DNA of 64,000 bases from an uncultured delta proteobacterium (GTDB lineage Bacteria; Desulfobacterota; Binatia; UBA9968), in contig CAVYTU010000014.1 in assembly GCA_963771465.1 (NCBI GenBank), positions 288,001 to 352,000 on the forward strand. Reading direction: 5' to 3'. Below the pieces are notes generated by a model, which saw nothing but the letters and a program-made list of their open reading frames with translations, did not search any database and had not been told where the DNA came from. Positions 21,489 to 31,038 of this stretch are shown here, piece by piece (the stretch's first letter is position 1; the number at the start of each line of letters is the position of its first letter). The position numbers and the translations under genes were made by a program.

Positions 21489-22715
21489 TCAGCTCCGAGC
21501 CATGATTTGCTCGGCCAAATAAGCCGCGTCCTCCGCGCCTGAGGCACAACGCAGAAAAGCTGATTTCCGCTTGTAGAGCCAACGCAACCCAAGAAAATAG
21601 ATGCCGGGCAATCGAGTCACACCGCGACGATGCAGCGGCTGGCGTCCATCGTCGAAGATAGGCAGCTTCACCCACTCGAAGTTGCAGCGAAACCCGGTCG
21701 CCCAGATAATGGCGCTCACGCCTGCGTCTTTAAGGTTCAGTCGCGAGACCGGACTCGGAACCTCTGATTTTACGGCTGGCTCCCGCTCAGCCAGAAACTC
21801 CAAGCCATTCTTCGTTATGTAGTCGTCCACGGCCCGTTTGAAATTTTCCAGCGCCTCGTCGCCTCGGGCGAGATTCTGCGTGAGATCATCTGCTAGTATC
21901 AACTCACTACCGTTGATCCCCTGTAAATGGCCTAACAAGGCTATTCCGCGTCCGGCCATGGCATGTAAGTTGACGTCGTAACCACCATTTGCGCCGGTAA
22001 GTAAGATTTCCGATCCTTTTCTAAGCTGCTCTGGCACCGTATCGACGATTTGCTCGGTCGTCCCCAGCGCAGACACCCAATAGGCGTAGTCCTTGCCGCG
22101 ATATTTTCTCGGCCTACGGCTATGGCGCCCAACCGAAAGGTCGACCTGACGACCACTCTGATTTAGGTCGTCGGCGATCTGACAGCCCGAAGCTCCGCTG
22201 CCCACAACCAGCACGGAGCCTGGCGGCAGCTGGCTCGCATTGCAATAGGCATTGGAATGTAGCTGAAAGATAGTTTTCGGAACATCCGCGCTCATGGCCG
22301 GTATTACGGGCAGTTGATACGGACCCGTGGCGATCACCACGTTAGCAGCTTCAATCGAGCCGTTGTTTGTCGAGAGCAGATAGCGGCTGGAATCGGCTCG
22401 CTCCAGTGAAGTGACCTCCACTCCACAACGCACCGGAGCCTTGATGAAATCGGCGTAGCCATCGAGAAAGCGCACGACTTCGCGTCCGGGAGCGAAGGCA
22501 TCTGGATCGTCGCATTCGTATTTGTACCCCGGCAATTCGATGGTCCAGTTGGGGAACTGGAAGCAGAAGGAATCCCAGCGTTCGCTACGCCAACGTTCGC
22601 CGACTCGGCCCCGTTCGAGGATCACATGCTCTCGCCCAGCTTGACTAAGAAAATAGCTCATAGTCAGGCCGGCGTGGCCGCCGCCGATGATAACCGTATC
22701 TAGCTGTTCGTTCAT
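21489..22715 (-). CDS. Flavin-containing monooxygenase-like NAD(P)/FAD oxidoreductase (CzcO/'flavoprotein involved in K+ transport' family), copy 1
   Basis: GGGHAG, 'WRSERWDSF', 'ATG', 'HSNAY', GSGASG, 'WATGF'. Confidence 0.9.
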   Translation of the reverse strand: MNEQLDTVIIGGGHAGLTMSYFLSQAGREHVILERGRVGERWRSERWDSFCFQFPNWTIELPGYKYECDDPDAFAPGREVVRFLDGYADFIKAPVRCGVEVTSLERADSSRYLLSTNNGSIEAANVVIATGPYQLPVIPAMSADVPKTIFQLHSNAYCNASQLPPGSVLVVGSGASGCQIADDLNQSGRQVDLSVGRHSRRPRKYRGKDYAYWVSALGTTEQIVDTVPEQLRKGSEILLTGANGGYDVNLHAMAGRGIALLGHLQGINGSELILADDLTQNLARGDEALENFKRAVDDYITKNGLEFLAEREPAVKSEVPSPVSRLNLKDAGVSAIIWATGFRCNFEWVKLPIFDDGRQPLHRRGVTRLPGIYFLGLRWLYKRKSAFLRCASGAEDAAYLAEQIMARS

Positions 22716-22890
22716 GGTGATCTCCTTAAATGAGCCGTTACATGCTTCCCCCTGTCCACAAGTTTTGGACGGCGGGCTTCTCTATGGCAAAAATCGTGAA
22801 TCGCAGAGTGAAGTTCTAATCATGATCTCCCGAAAATTCGCTGTGTGGACGGTCGCTTATCTTTTTTGTACGCACCACCCGTTGTCACGG

Positions 22891-23607
22891 TTAACCTTTA
22901 AACGCTATCCAACCTCCCAGCATCATGTTCTGAAAGAAATGTTGAATCCGGTGAAATCCGGCCTCGGTCAATAGTTGCTCCATGCGAGACGGTGAAACGA
23001 GGTGAATAGTCTTTACACGCTCCTTCATGCCGCTCTCAATTTCTTCCCACTTCACGCCGGCCAGATTTTGCTGGTGCTTCCATGCTTCCAGCAATAGATT
23101 CGTTCCCGGAGCGCTTAGATCGCCATGGGCATCCATTAGCACCAATGGCGCACCAAATTTGAGCCGTTTCGCAACGCCACAAAGAAGTTTCACCTTTCCG
23201 CCGTCATCGGGAATAAAGTGTAAAACCATCGCCGTGGTTGCCCCGTCATAGAGCCTGTCAGTTGAGAGATCGTCAACATTTCCTTTAAACAAGGAGACTC
23301 GGTCGGTCAGTCCTGCGGCTTCGATCTTTTCCTTTGCCAGATCCAACATACGCTCTGCAGGATCTACGCCCAGAAAGCGCCAATTCGGGTTTGCATTGCC
23401 GAGTTCAAGAATCTCTGCCCCCGTCCCGGCACCGACAATCATTAGCTCGCTTTCAGCTCCCAACACTCCACGAAGCATGGCGTTGATCGCGGGGTGAATT
23501 GTGTCGTAGAAAGGAAACGTCTTGCGTATCCGCTTATCATAGTCTGTCGCGCCCTTCGCATACCTTTCTTGCTGGAACGCCATTGGATCAGGGGCTTTCG
23601 TTGCCAT
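22891..23607 (-). CDS. Class I SAM-dependent methyltransferase
   Basis: 'IVGAGTGAE', 'LGVDPAERML', 'VLHFIPDDGGK'. Confidence 0.9.
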   Translation of the reverse strand: MATKAPDPMAFQQERYAKGATDYDKRIRKTFPFYDTIHPAINAMLRGVLGAESELMIVGAGTGAEILELGNANPNWRFLGVDPAERMLDLAKEKIEAAGLTDRVSLFKGNVDDLSTDRLYDGATTAMVLHFIPDDGGKVKLLCGVAKRLKFGAPLVLMDAHGDLSAPGTNLLLEAWKHQQNLAGVKWEEIESGMKERVKTIHLVSPSRMEQLLTEAGFHRIQHFFQNMMLGGWIAFKG

Positions 23608-23660
23608 CGACTCCTCTCCTTTTCTAGGTTGTTATCCGCTTGTTGCGAATAGGAACACGG

Positions 23661-24080
23661 TCAACTCCGCGGTGAGAACGGAAACGCCGCCTCAATCGTG
23701 CCAAACGGCGCCTGCACGTAATCAAAGCCTTCCTGCGACACTTGCACGAGCAGAAAGACTGTTTCGTCCGTCTTACTCGGATTTGATAATTCGTGTCGCA
23801 CGCCGGGCGGCATTCGACAGAAGCCACCAGGCTTGAGCACGAACACGCCATTGCCGTGTTCGCCTTCATAGCGGATTTCGAGATTGCCCTTTACACCGAC
23901 GAAAAGATCATAGACCCGCGCATGCATGTGCGTCGGCACGCCGCTGCCAGGCTGCACGCGGTACACCGCCGTCTGCACCGGCGCGTCCTCATGCAACATT
24001 CCCTTCTCACAGCCCGGCCGGCGTTCCTCGAGCGCGATGTTCGTGACGTCTTCGACCGTGATGACAGGTTTCTGACTCAT
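23661..24080 (-). CDS. Cupin domain protein
   Basis: 'VPTHMH...DLF.G..G' and 'MPPGVRHEL'. Confidence 0.85.
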   Translation of the reverse strand: MSQKPVITVEDVTNIALEERRPGCEKGMLHEDAPVQTAVYRVQPGSGVPTHMHARVYDLFVGVKGNLEIRYEGEHGNGVFVLKPGGFCRMPPGVRHELSNPSKTDETVFLLVQVSQEGFDYVQAPFGTIEAAFPFSPRS

Positions 24081-24343
24081 GGAAGAATCCTTTCTTGGTT
24101 ATTACGATTCTCCGCGTAAATCGGGTCGCTCATAGTGCAGCCGCGAGCTATCCGGGAAACGTTCAAGGCCAATCTGCGTTCGGTAACCTTCTGCATCGAA
24201 CCCACTCGATCACCGCCATCGAAGCGCTAATTGAATTCAGCCCTACGTCGGGACCACAAAATCAAAGTCGGGAGTCCCGGGCGTTGAACCACAAAACTGC
24301 TCAATGCGACTGAACTCATTATAGGCTCTCTTTAAGTTGTATC

Positions 24344-25577
24344 TCAGTTCCGAGCCGCGATCTGCTCAGCGAGATAAGCCGCGTCTTCCGCGCCTGACGC
24401 CCGAAGCAGAAAAGCTGACTTCCGCTTGTAGAGCCAACGCAATCCAAGAAAATAGATGCCGGGGAATTGAGTCACACCGCGCCGATGCACCGGCTCGCCG
24501 GCCTCGTCGAAAATAGGAAGTTTCACCCAGTCGAAGTTGCAGCGGAAACCGCTTGCCCAGACGATCGCACCGATGCCTGCATCTTTAAGGTCGAGTCGTG
24601 AAACTGGACTTGGAACGTTTGGTTTTACGCCCGGCTCCTGCTCAGCTGGGAACTCCAAGCCATTCTTCGTTACGTAGTCGTCCACGGCGCGTTTGAAATT
24701 TTCCAGCGACTCGTCGCCTTTGGCGAGGTTCTGCGCTAGATCATCGGCTAACATTAAGTTACTGCCGTTGATCCCCTGCAAATGGCCTAACAAAACTATT
24801 CCACGTGCGGCCATAGCGCGCAAATCGACATCGTAACCGCCATTGGCGCCCGTAAGTAAAATTTCCGATCCTTTCCGAAGGGCTACCGGCACCGTATCAA
24901 CGATTTGTTCGGGCCTTCTTAGAGCCGCTCCCCAATAGGCAAAATCTTGGCCACGGTATCTTCTCGGCATACGACTATGACGCGCTACCGAAAGATAAAC
25001 CTGGCGGCCGTTTTGTTGTAAGTCGTCGGCTATCTGGCAGCCCGAAGCTCCGCTGCCCACAACCAGCACCGCCCCCAGCGGCAACTGGGCCGGATTGCGA
25101 TAGGCATTGGAATGTATCTGAAAGATATTTTTCGGAACATCCGCGCTCATAGTTGGTATCACGGGCAGTTGATAGGGACCCGTGGCAATGACCACGTTGG
25201 CAGCTTCAATAGCGCCGCTGTTTGTCGTAAGCAGATAGCGCTGGAATCGGCTCGCTCCAGTGAAGTGACCTCCACTCCACAACGCACCGGAGCATTGATG
25301 AAATCGCATAGCCATCGAGAAACCGCACGACTTCGCTTCCCGGCGCGAAGGCGTCCGGATCGTCGCATTGGTATTTGTAGCCAGGCAATTCAATGGTCCA
25401 GTTGGGAAATTGGAAGCAAAAGGAATCCCAACGTTCGCTACGCCACCGCTCCGCTACCCGTCCTCGCTCCAGGATTAAGTGTTCTCGTCCAAGTTGCCTG
25501 AGATAATAACTCATCGTCAGCCCTGCGTGTCCTCCGCCGATGATGACTGTCTCTACCTGTTCAACGTTGCCATTCAT
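24344..25577 (-). CDS. FMO-like flavoprotein oxidoreductase, copy 2 (two frameshifts, near 25300 and 25240)
   Basis: Colinear and highly similar to 21489..22715; split over ORFs 25206..25577, 25159..25368 and 24344..25393. Confidence 0.85.
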
Positions 25578-25722
25578 AAAACCCCTCGAATAAAATCAGG
25601 TCAGTTAGGATTACCGACTCACGCAAAGTGAAAGCTGAGGCTGACAGCCTGCCACTTTCGGTTTCTGTCTGATTACTGAAAATAGGTCGGATTACGTTCC
25701 ACACCGCATGGGGCAGCCGTGC

Positions 25723-26544
25723 TCAAATTCCTAAATACGCTTCCGGCGGAACGGCGAAAATGTCTGTTGTCACGTCGGTGACACCCGGTACATTTTTCAC
25801 TAGCTTCACGACTTCGTCCACCAATGTTTCACGCGCTACTCTGCCCCGAACATGAACATGGCCACCGTCGGCACGAACTTCGAGAGCTGATCCTCCTATC
25901 TTGGGCGATGCAAGCAACATGGCATGGACCCGGGAACCAAGTGCGAGATCATTGAAGGTGTGTTCGGATTGCGCCGTGGGCTGAAATTCCTCGAGCTTCG
26001 CCGCCTCCAAAATTACACGCTTCGCCCCTTCTCGGCTCATCTTGCCCATGTTGAGAATCAGGTCATAACGATTGGGATCGCGCCAATCCGCTCCGAACAT
26101 CGCCATCAGCCGGCGGCTGCGCGCCTTATCGATTTCATCTATATAATGGCGTGCCGCCGCGTCAGTTAGCTTTTGCCGCGCTCGGACTTGCTTGATGCGG
26201 ATGTCCATCGAGGCCGTCAAGAGCACCTTGAGCACATGAGGGATATCCGACAGCAGCTCATGGCCCAAATGACCGTGATAAACGACCTTGCCGTCGCGAA
26301 CCAGTTCGCACAGCGCCGCTTGCAAAGCGACCCGGTAGGGCAGCAAATCTTGCAGCAGGCGCTCCCACCAGTGCGGGCCTTTGTCGACGATGTCGTTGAG
26401 TTTTGCTTCGGGAATGCGATAGCGCCGGCTGGCTTCGACGAGCACCTCGCGCCCAACACATCGGTAGCCAAGAGCGTCAGCCACAGTTTCCGCCAATTCC
26501 TGACCTTCGCCCGAAGCGCCTTGATAGATTGTGATGATCGGCAT
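25723..26544 (-). CDS. Cytidylate kinase-like family protein with C-terminal BON domain
   Basis: 'IITIYQGASGEGQELA', 'DPNRYDLILN', BON 'VRADGGHVHVRG...VPGVTDV'; AAGGAGG RBS before ATG 26544. Confidence 0.85.
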   Translation of the reverse strand: MPIITIYQGASGEGQELAETVADALGYRCVGREVLVEASRRYRIPEAKLNDIVDKGPHWWERLLQDLLPYRVALQAALCELVRDGKVVYHGHLGHELLSDIPHVLKVLLTASMDIRIKQVRARQKLTDAAARHYIDEIDKARSRRLMAMFGADWRDPNRYDLILNMGKMSREGAKRVILEAAKLEEFQPTAQSEHTFNDLALGSRVHAMLLASPKIGGSALEVRADGGHVHVRGRVARETLVDEVVKLVKNVPGVTDVTTDIFAVPPEAYLGI

Positions 26545-26829
26545 GGCAACTTTCCTCCTTAGCACTGCAGCTATTGATCCGAGCGGAAATATTCTCAACA
26601 GATCATCTGCGTTACCCATCGGTCAACCGTTGGGCAACTGGAATTCTCTCGGTATCGCCGAAGGATGACCAGTATAAAACTCTTCCAATTCTAACCGGCG
26701 TTGATCTTCAAAAGACTGGCGCGTTCTAAAACTCTGCGCAGCTACGCGCCGCGTAGTCTGAATTGATTGGAGAACCTGTTTACGCCACGGTCCGATGCTC
26801 CTTTTGTCCTGTGCTTAACCAGCGAGAGC

Positions 26830-26844
26830 GCAATCGTTATGCCA
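26830..26844 (-). promoter_or_regulatory. Sigma54 promoter facing the cytidylate-kinase-like gene
   Basis: Minus strand TGGCAT-AACGA-TTGC. Confidence 0.7.
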
Positions 26845-26940
26845 CGTCGTGACGCGCTCCGCCCAGGCTGATTAATTTGCTGAATTATTTGAGAATTTTG
26901 ATCTGAGGGAATCGCTCACCAGCCGGCCAACTACAAAAAA

Positions 26941-26979
26941 GGTAACTTTGGTTTACCGCGCCGTAATCGATAAGTTACC
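26941..26979. promoter_or_regulatory. Paired palindromic sites, candidate UAS
   Basis: GGTAA-N7-TTACC (26941-26957) and CGTAA-N8-TTACC (26962-26979), about 97 bp upstream of the sigma54 promoter. Confidence 0.55.
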
Positions 26980-27062
26980 CAACTTTCCCCGCGTGATCGG
27001 CTCCTCCAAAACAAACTTGGAGTCGAGGTAGCGAACACACGGCACCAATGTTCTTCGTTGCC

Positions 27063-27091
27063 TTGAAGGTGTTTTCCGATGCCGCTACTGT
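27063..27091 (+). promoter_or_regulatory. Sigma70 promoter of glnE (leaderless geometry)
   Basis: TTGAAG-N17-TACTGT, then 6 nt to the ATG; no SD. Confidence 0.6.
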
Positions 27092-27097
27092 TAGAAC

Positions 27098-30000
27098 ATG
27101 AACTCGGTGCGCAAGACTCAACGAAACTCAGCGTTGCCGAGAAAATATTTATCCTATCTGAAAAACAGCCCGTCGCCAGCGCTCGCCGAATTGAATCTCG
27201 CGCGCCTAATTGAAAGCGGTGGCGCAAAGACTTTGGAGAAAATTCCACGGGCCGACCTGCCGGCCTTGTTCGGTCTCCTGGGCGGCAGTGCCTATCTCAG
27301 CGACATTCTGTTCCGCCAGGGAAACGACTGGCCCGCTATTTTTCTCCACCAGCTCCGCACCCAGAGCAAAACTGTCGCAGCGCATCTGCGCGAGCTTGAG
27401 CCTTTTATAAGAAGCGCCGAATCGATTGCGTCATTTTGCGCCGACTTGCGCCGCCACAAGCAGCTCGAGTACCTGCGCATCGGCACGCGCGATTTGATGC
27501 CGTCGGTAACCATGGAGGAGACCGTGCGCGAGCTTACCGCCCTCGCTGAAGCCTCACTGGATGCTTCCTATCAATATGGCCGGGCGGAAGTGGAGAAAGA
27601 CTACGGCGTGCTCAATCTGCCGGAAACCGAAACGTCCAATCGCTTCGTCGTTCTCGGCATGGGCAAGCTCGGCGGCGGCGAGCTCAATTTCAGTTCCGAT
27701 GTTGACGTCATCTTTCTCTATGAGAATGACGAGGGCGAAAGCGCCGGCGGAAAGAAAGGTAAAGTCGGCCCGCGCGAATTCTTCAGCGCCATCGGCCAAA
27801 AAATCATTCACACCATGGGCGACGTCACTGAAGACGGCTTCGTCTTTCGCATCGATCTACGCCTACGTCCCCTCGGCGCCAACGGCCCGTTAGTGCAATC
27901 GGTGGACTCGGCGATGCTCTACTACGAATCCTGGGGGCAGTGCTGGGAGCGCGCGGCTTTGATCAAGGGGCGGCCGGTCGCGGGAGACGTCGAGCTCGGC
28001 GCGAGCTTTCTTAAAGAAGTGGAACCGTTCATCTATCGCCGCTATCTCGACTACACCACTGTCGACGAATTGCGTCATATGAAGACGCGTATCGAGAATG
28101 AGCTGCTCACCGGCGACGAAAAAGGCCGCAACATCAAGCTCGGCTACGGCGGCATTCGCGAGGTCGAGTTTTTCACCCAAGCGCTGCAGCTGGTCAACGG
28201 CGGCTACGAGCCTAAACTCAGGGGACCGAGCACGTTACCCGCATTGGCAGCACTCGCCCGACATAACTTTATTTCCGCTAAAGAGCGCAACAAACTCACC
28301 GACGCTTACCGGTTCCTGCGCCAAGCGGAGCATAAAGTGCAGATCGTTCAGGAAGCGCACGCGCACTCGATCCCCGAGGGCGAAAACGAAGAGCAAGCCT
28401 ACGCGCGCCGCTTGGGTTACAAAGGTAATAGGAAGCAAAGCGAGCGTGAGCTTTTCTGGCGCGATCATCGCAAGTACACACAAACCGTGCGCAGCATCTT
28501 CGACCGGCTGTTTTACGGCGCGCAGAAAGAGATCGAAAACGACGGCGCGGCCGGTTCGATTTGGAACGATCTCGATAACCACGAGTTGATCATCAGAGAA
28601 TTGGCGGCGGCCGGTTTCGCCGATGCCGATAAAGCCTACGAGAGCCTGCTCGCCGTGCGCGACGGCGAAGTGTTCTCGCCGCCAAGTTCGAAGCGATTGA
28701 AGGTCTTGCGCAGCCTCGGTCCGGCGTTGATCAACGAGATCACCAAATCAGGCGCGCCGGATCAGGCGTTGTTCAATCTCGCAGAGTTCAGCCATCGCAT
28801 CGGCGGGCGCACCGGCTTCTTGACCTTGCTCGCGGAAAATCCGCAAACCATGCGGCTCTTGATCGCGCTCTTTGCCGATAGCCAGTTTCTCACTGATCTG
28901 TTTTTGCAGCGGCCGGAGCTGATCGACACCTTGATCCGCGTCGATCTGACCCGTTTTGAAAAAACCAAGAACGAGATGCTTCGCGAACTGCGCGCGGCTC
29001 TCGGTGAAACCCAAGACATTGAAGACCGACTAAACGTCATCCGGCGTTACAAGACCGAGGAATTTATCCGCATCGGCCTTCACGATCTGGGCGGCAGCAT
29101 TGAATTGGTGCTCGTGCTCGAGCAGTTGTCCGACCTGGCCGATGCCTGCCTGCAAGCTGCACTCGATTTGACCCTCGCGGAGCTCGGCAAAAAATTTGGC
29201 GCCGTGCCAAAAGGGCGTTTTGCCGTGCTTGGCGGCGGTAAATTGGGTGCGCGAGAAATAGACTATAAGTCCGATTTAGACTTGGTGTTTATCTACGACG
29301 CGGCGGAAGACGCTCAAAGCCTCGGCGGGTTCCAGGGCAAGTTGTCGGCCCACGAATTTTTTGTTCGAGTCGGCCAAAAGCTGCTCACCTACTTGGCCGC
29401 GCCAACCGAAGAAGGCATCGCTTACAAAATCGACATGCAGCTGCGCCCATCAGGCAAGGCTGGGCCGGTCGTCTGCTCGCTGGACGCCTATCGCGACTAT
29501 CACAAAACTGCCTCGCAACTATGGGAACGCCAAGCGCTGATCAAAACCCGCTTCATCGCCGGCGATACGAACCTCGGCAAAGCCGCCGAAAAAGTGATTG
29601 AGCGCTGCGCTTATGGCGTCGGGCTGACGGCCGAAGGTGTTAGCGAGATTCATCACCTGCGCGTGCGCATGGAACGCGAGCTCGCCGGCGAGGATGAAAC
29701 GCGCTTCAATCTTAAAAAAGGTCGTGGCGGCCTGGTCGATATCGAGTTCCTCACGCAAATGTTGCAACTCGCTTATGGCCACCGGCGCGAAAAACTGCGC
29801 CGGCGCGAAACTTTGGCCGCGCTGCACACGCTGCATGATGAAAATATCCTGTCAACGCGTGACTATGCCCTGCTCACCGACGGCTATCTATTTCTCCGGC
29901 GTCTCGATCATCGCCTGCGCTTGGAACGCGATCAGTCGCTCGATGCCTTCGAAGCCGAACCACGACGGCTAGACGGCATCGCCAAGTCGCTGGGTTATGG

Positions 30001-30121
30001 CAGTAGCCGAAAGAATGGCGCGAATAGAGCAGGAAAATCCGGCGCTAAACTCCTCCGTGACTACGAGACACGGCGCGAAAAAATCCGCGCCTGTTATGAG
30101 CGCCACTTCCTCGCCAAATGA
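27098..30121 (+). CDS. glnE: Bifunctional glutamine synthetase adenylyltransferase/adenylyl-removing enzyme
   Basis: Two nucleotidyltransferase halves: 'GMGKLGGGELNFSSDVD...RIDLRLRP' and 'GKLGAREIDYKSDLD...IDMQLRPSG'; 'GGIREVEF' and 'GGLVDIEF'. Confidence 0.97.
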   Translation: MNSVRKTQRNSALPRKYLSYLKNSPSPALAELNLARLIESGGAKTLEKIPRADLPALFGLLGGSAYLSDILFRQGNDWPAIFLHQLRTQSKTVAAHLRELEPFIRSAESIASFCADLRRHKQLEYLRIGTRDLMPSVTMEETVRELTALAEASLDASYQYGRAEVEKDYGVLNLPETETSNRFVVLGMGKLGGGELNFSSDVDVIFLYENDEGESAGGKKGKVGPREFFSAIGQKIIHTMGDVTEDGFVFRIDLRLRPLGANGPLVQSVDSAMLYYESWGQCWERAALIKGRPVAGDVELGASFLKEVEPFIYRRYLDYTTVDELRHMKTRIENELLTGDEKGRNIKLGYGGIREVEFFTQALQLVNGGYEPKLRGPSTLPALAALARHNFISAKERNKLTDAYRFLRQAEHKVQIVQEAHAHSIPEGENEEQAYARRLGYKGNRKQSERELFWRDHRKYTQTVRSIFDRLFYGAQKEIENDGAAGSIWNDLDNHELIIRELAAAGFADADKAYESLLAVRDGEVFSPPSSKRLKVLRSLGPALINEITKSGAPDQALFNLAEFSHRIGGRTGFLTLLAENPQTMRLLIALFADSQFLTDLFLQRPELIDTLIRVDLTRFEKTKNEMLRELRAALGETQDIEDRLNVIRRYKTEEFIRIGLHDLGGSIELVLVLEQLSDLADACLQAALDLTLAELGKKFGAVPKGRFAVLGGGKLGAREIDYKSDLDLVFIYDAAEDAQSLGGFQGKLSAHEFFVRVGQKLLTYLAAPTEEGIAYKIDMQLRPSGKAGPVVCSLDAYRDYHKTASQLWERQALIKTRFIAGDTNLGKAAEKVIERCAYGVGLTAEGVSEIHHLRVRMERELAGEDETRFNLKKGRGGLVDIEFLTQMLQLAYGHRREKLRRRETLAALHTLHDENILSTRDYALLTDGYLFLRRLDHRLRLERDQSLDAFEAEPRRLDGIAKSLGYGSSRKNGANRAGKSGAKLLRDYETRREKIRACYERHFLAK

Positions 30122-30604
30122 CCATCTGCGACTTCGCTGCGCCACTCCTCCGCACGATTGGGGCGCACTCGTGATCCACTAACTTTGATCTTTGCGCCAA
30201 TTTTAAGAAATTGGGCATTGAGTAAAGAACTTCGTTTTGATTTTCATGCCTTTCGTCTAGATCTCGCTTGAATCTGTTAATATGGAGCCGTCTGGGCTTT
30301 TTCCCAACTGCATAAAATAGCCATCGCCATCTTTTAGCCAGCGGCAATGCCGTTTACCGCAATGACGGAACATGGGTGAGGTGCAATTCTTTACGAGGGA
30401 AGACGATCAGCCTAACGTCTGAGCAGGCGATCGACGTCGCTGCTCAGCGAACAATTTCCGTCTCACAGTTAGAATGTCATGCCGACACGCACGCTGACCG
30501 TGTAATCGCCCCTAATAGGTGTCTTCGCTACTCCAGACTAGCGCCTCGCTAAGCCCAGACGGTTAGTTCGTCTGATAATTTCTGATTATTTTAGAATGAT
30601 TTTA

Positions 30605-30633
30605 TTGACAGTAGCATAACTGTGCGATATCTT
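30605..30633 (+). promoter_or_regulatory. Sigma70 promoter (leaderless geometry)
   Basis: TTGACA-N17-TATCTT, then 6 nt to ATG 30640; no SD. Confidence 0.75.
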
Positions 30634-30639
30634 CCGCCT

Positions 30640-31038
30640 ATGAAAACACAAATGCTTAAGGGCATTGCCCTGGCTTCAATAGTTGCCGTAATGTCGGGTC
30701 CTCTATACGCGCAGACTGCGGAACCGAATACTCAGCCCGCAGAGCCGGTGGGTCAAGAGGCAGGCTACGGCGTCGGAGCGGCGCTGGCGACTATCTTTTA
30801 CATCCCTGCCAAGGTTACCTATGCGGGGCTTGGCTTGCTAACCGGCGGGCTTGGTTTCCTCTTGACCGGTGGCAAAGCGGACGTCGCCAACAACATCATT
30901 TACCCGGCGGTGCGCGGCAACTACGTCGTTACCCCCAGCCACCTCAAGGGTACCGAGCCGATTTACTTCGTTGGCCCGCCACCGGATGCGCCGGCTCCCG
31001 AGACCGTAGCTTCGGCTCCGGCGACGCCGAACCGTTAA
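30640..31038 (+). CDS. Hypothetical exported/membrane protein
   Basis: Signal peptide ending LYA-Q, a Gly-rich hydrophobic hairpin and a Pro-rich tail. Confidence 0.75.
   Translation: MKTQMLKGIALASIVAVMSGPLYAQTAEPNTQPAEPVGQEAGYGVGAALATIFYIPAKVTYAGLGLLTGGLGFLLTGGKADVANNIIYPAVRGNYVVTPSHLKGTEPIYFVGPPPDAPAPETVASAPATPNR

Noticed and set aside
12873-25577. Integron cassette array (many short co-oriented genes: GFA, VOC, cupins, methyltransferase)
   Set aside because: No intI, and I found no RYYYAAC...GTTRRRY attC-type inverted repeats after the stop codons I inspected.
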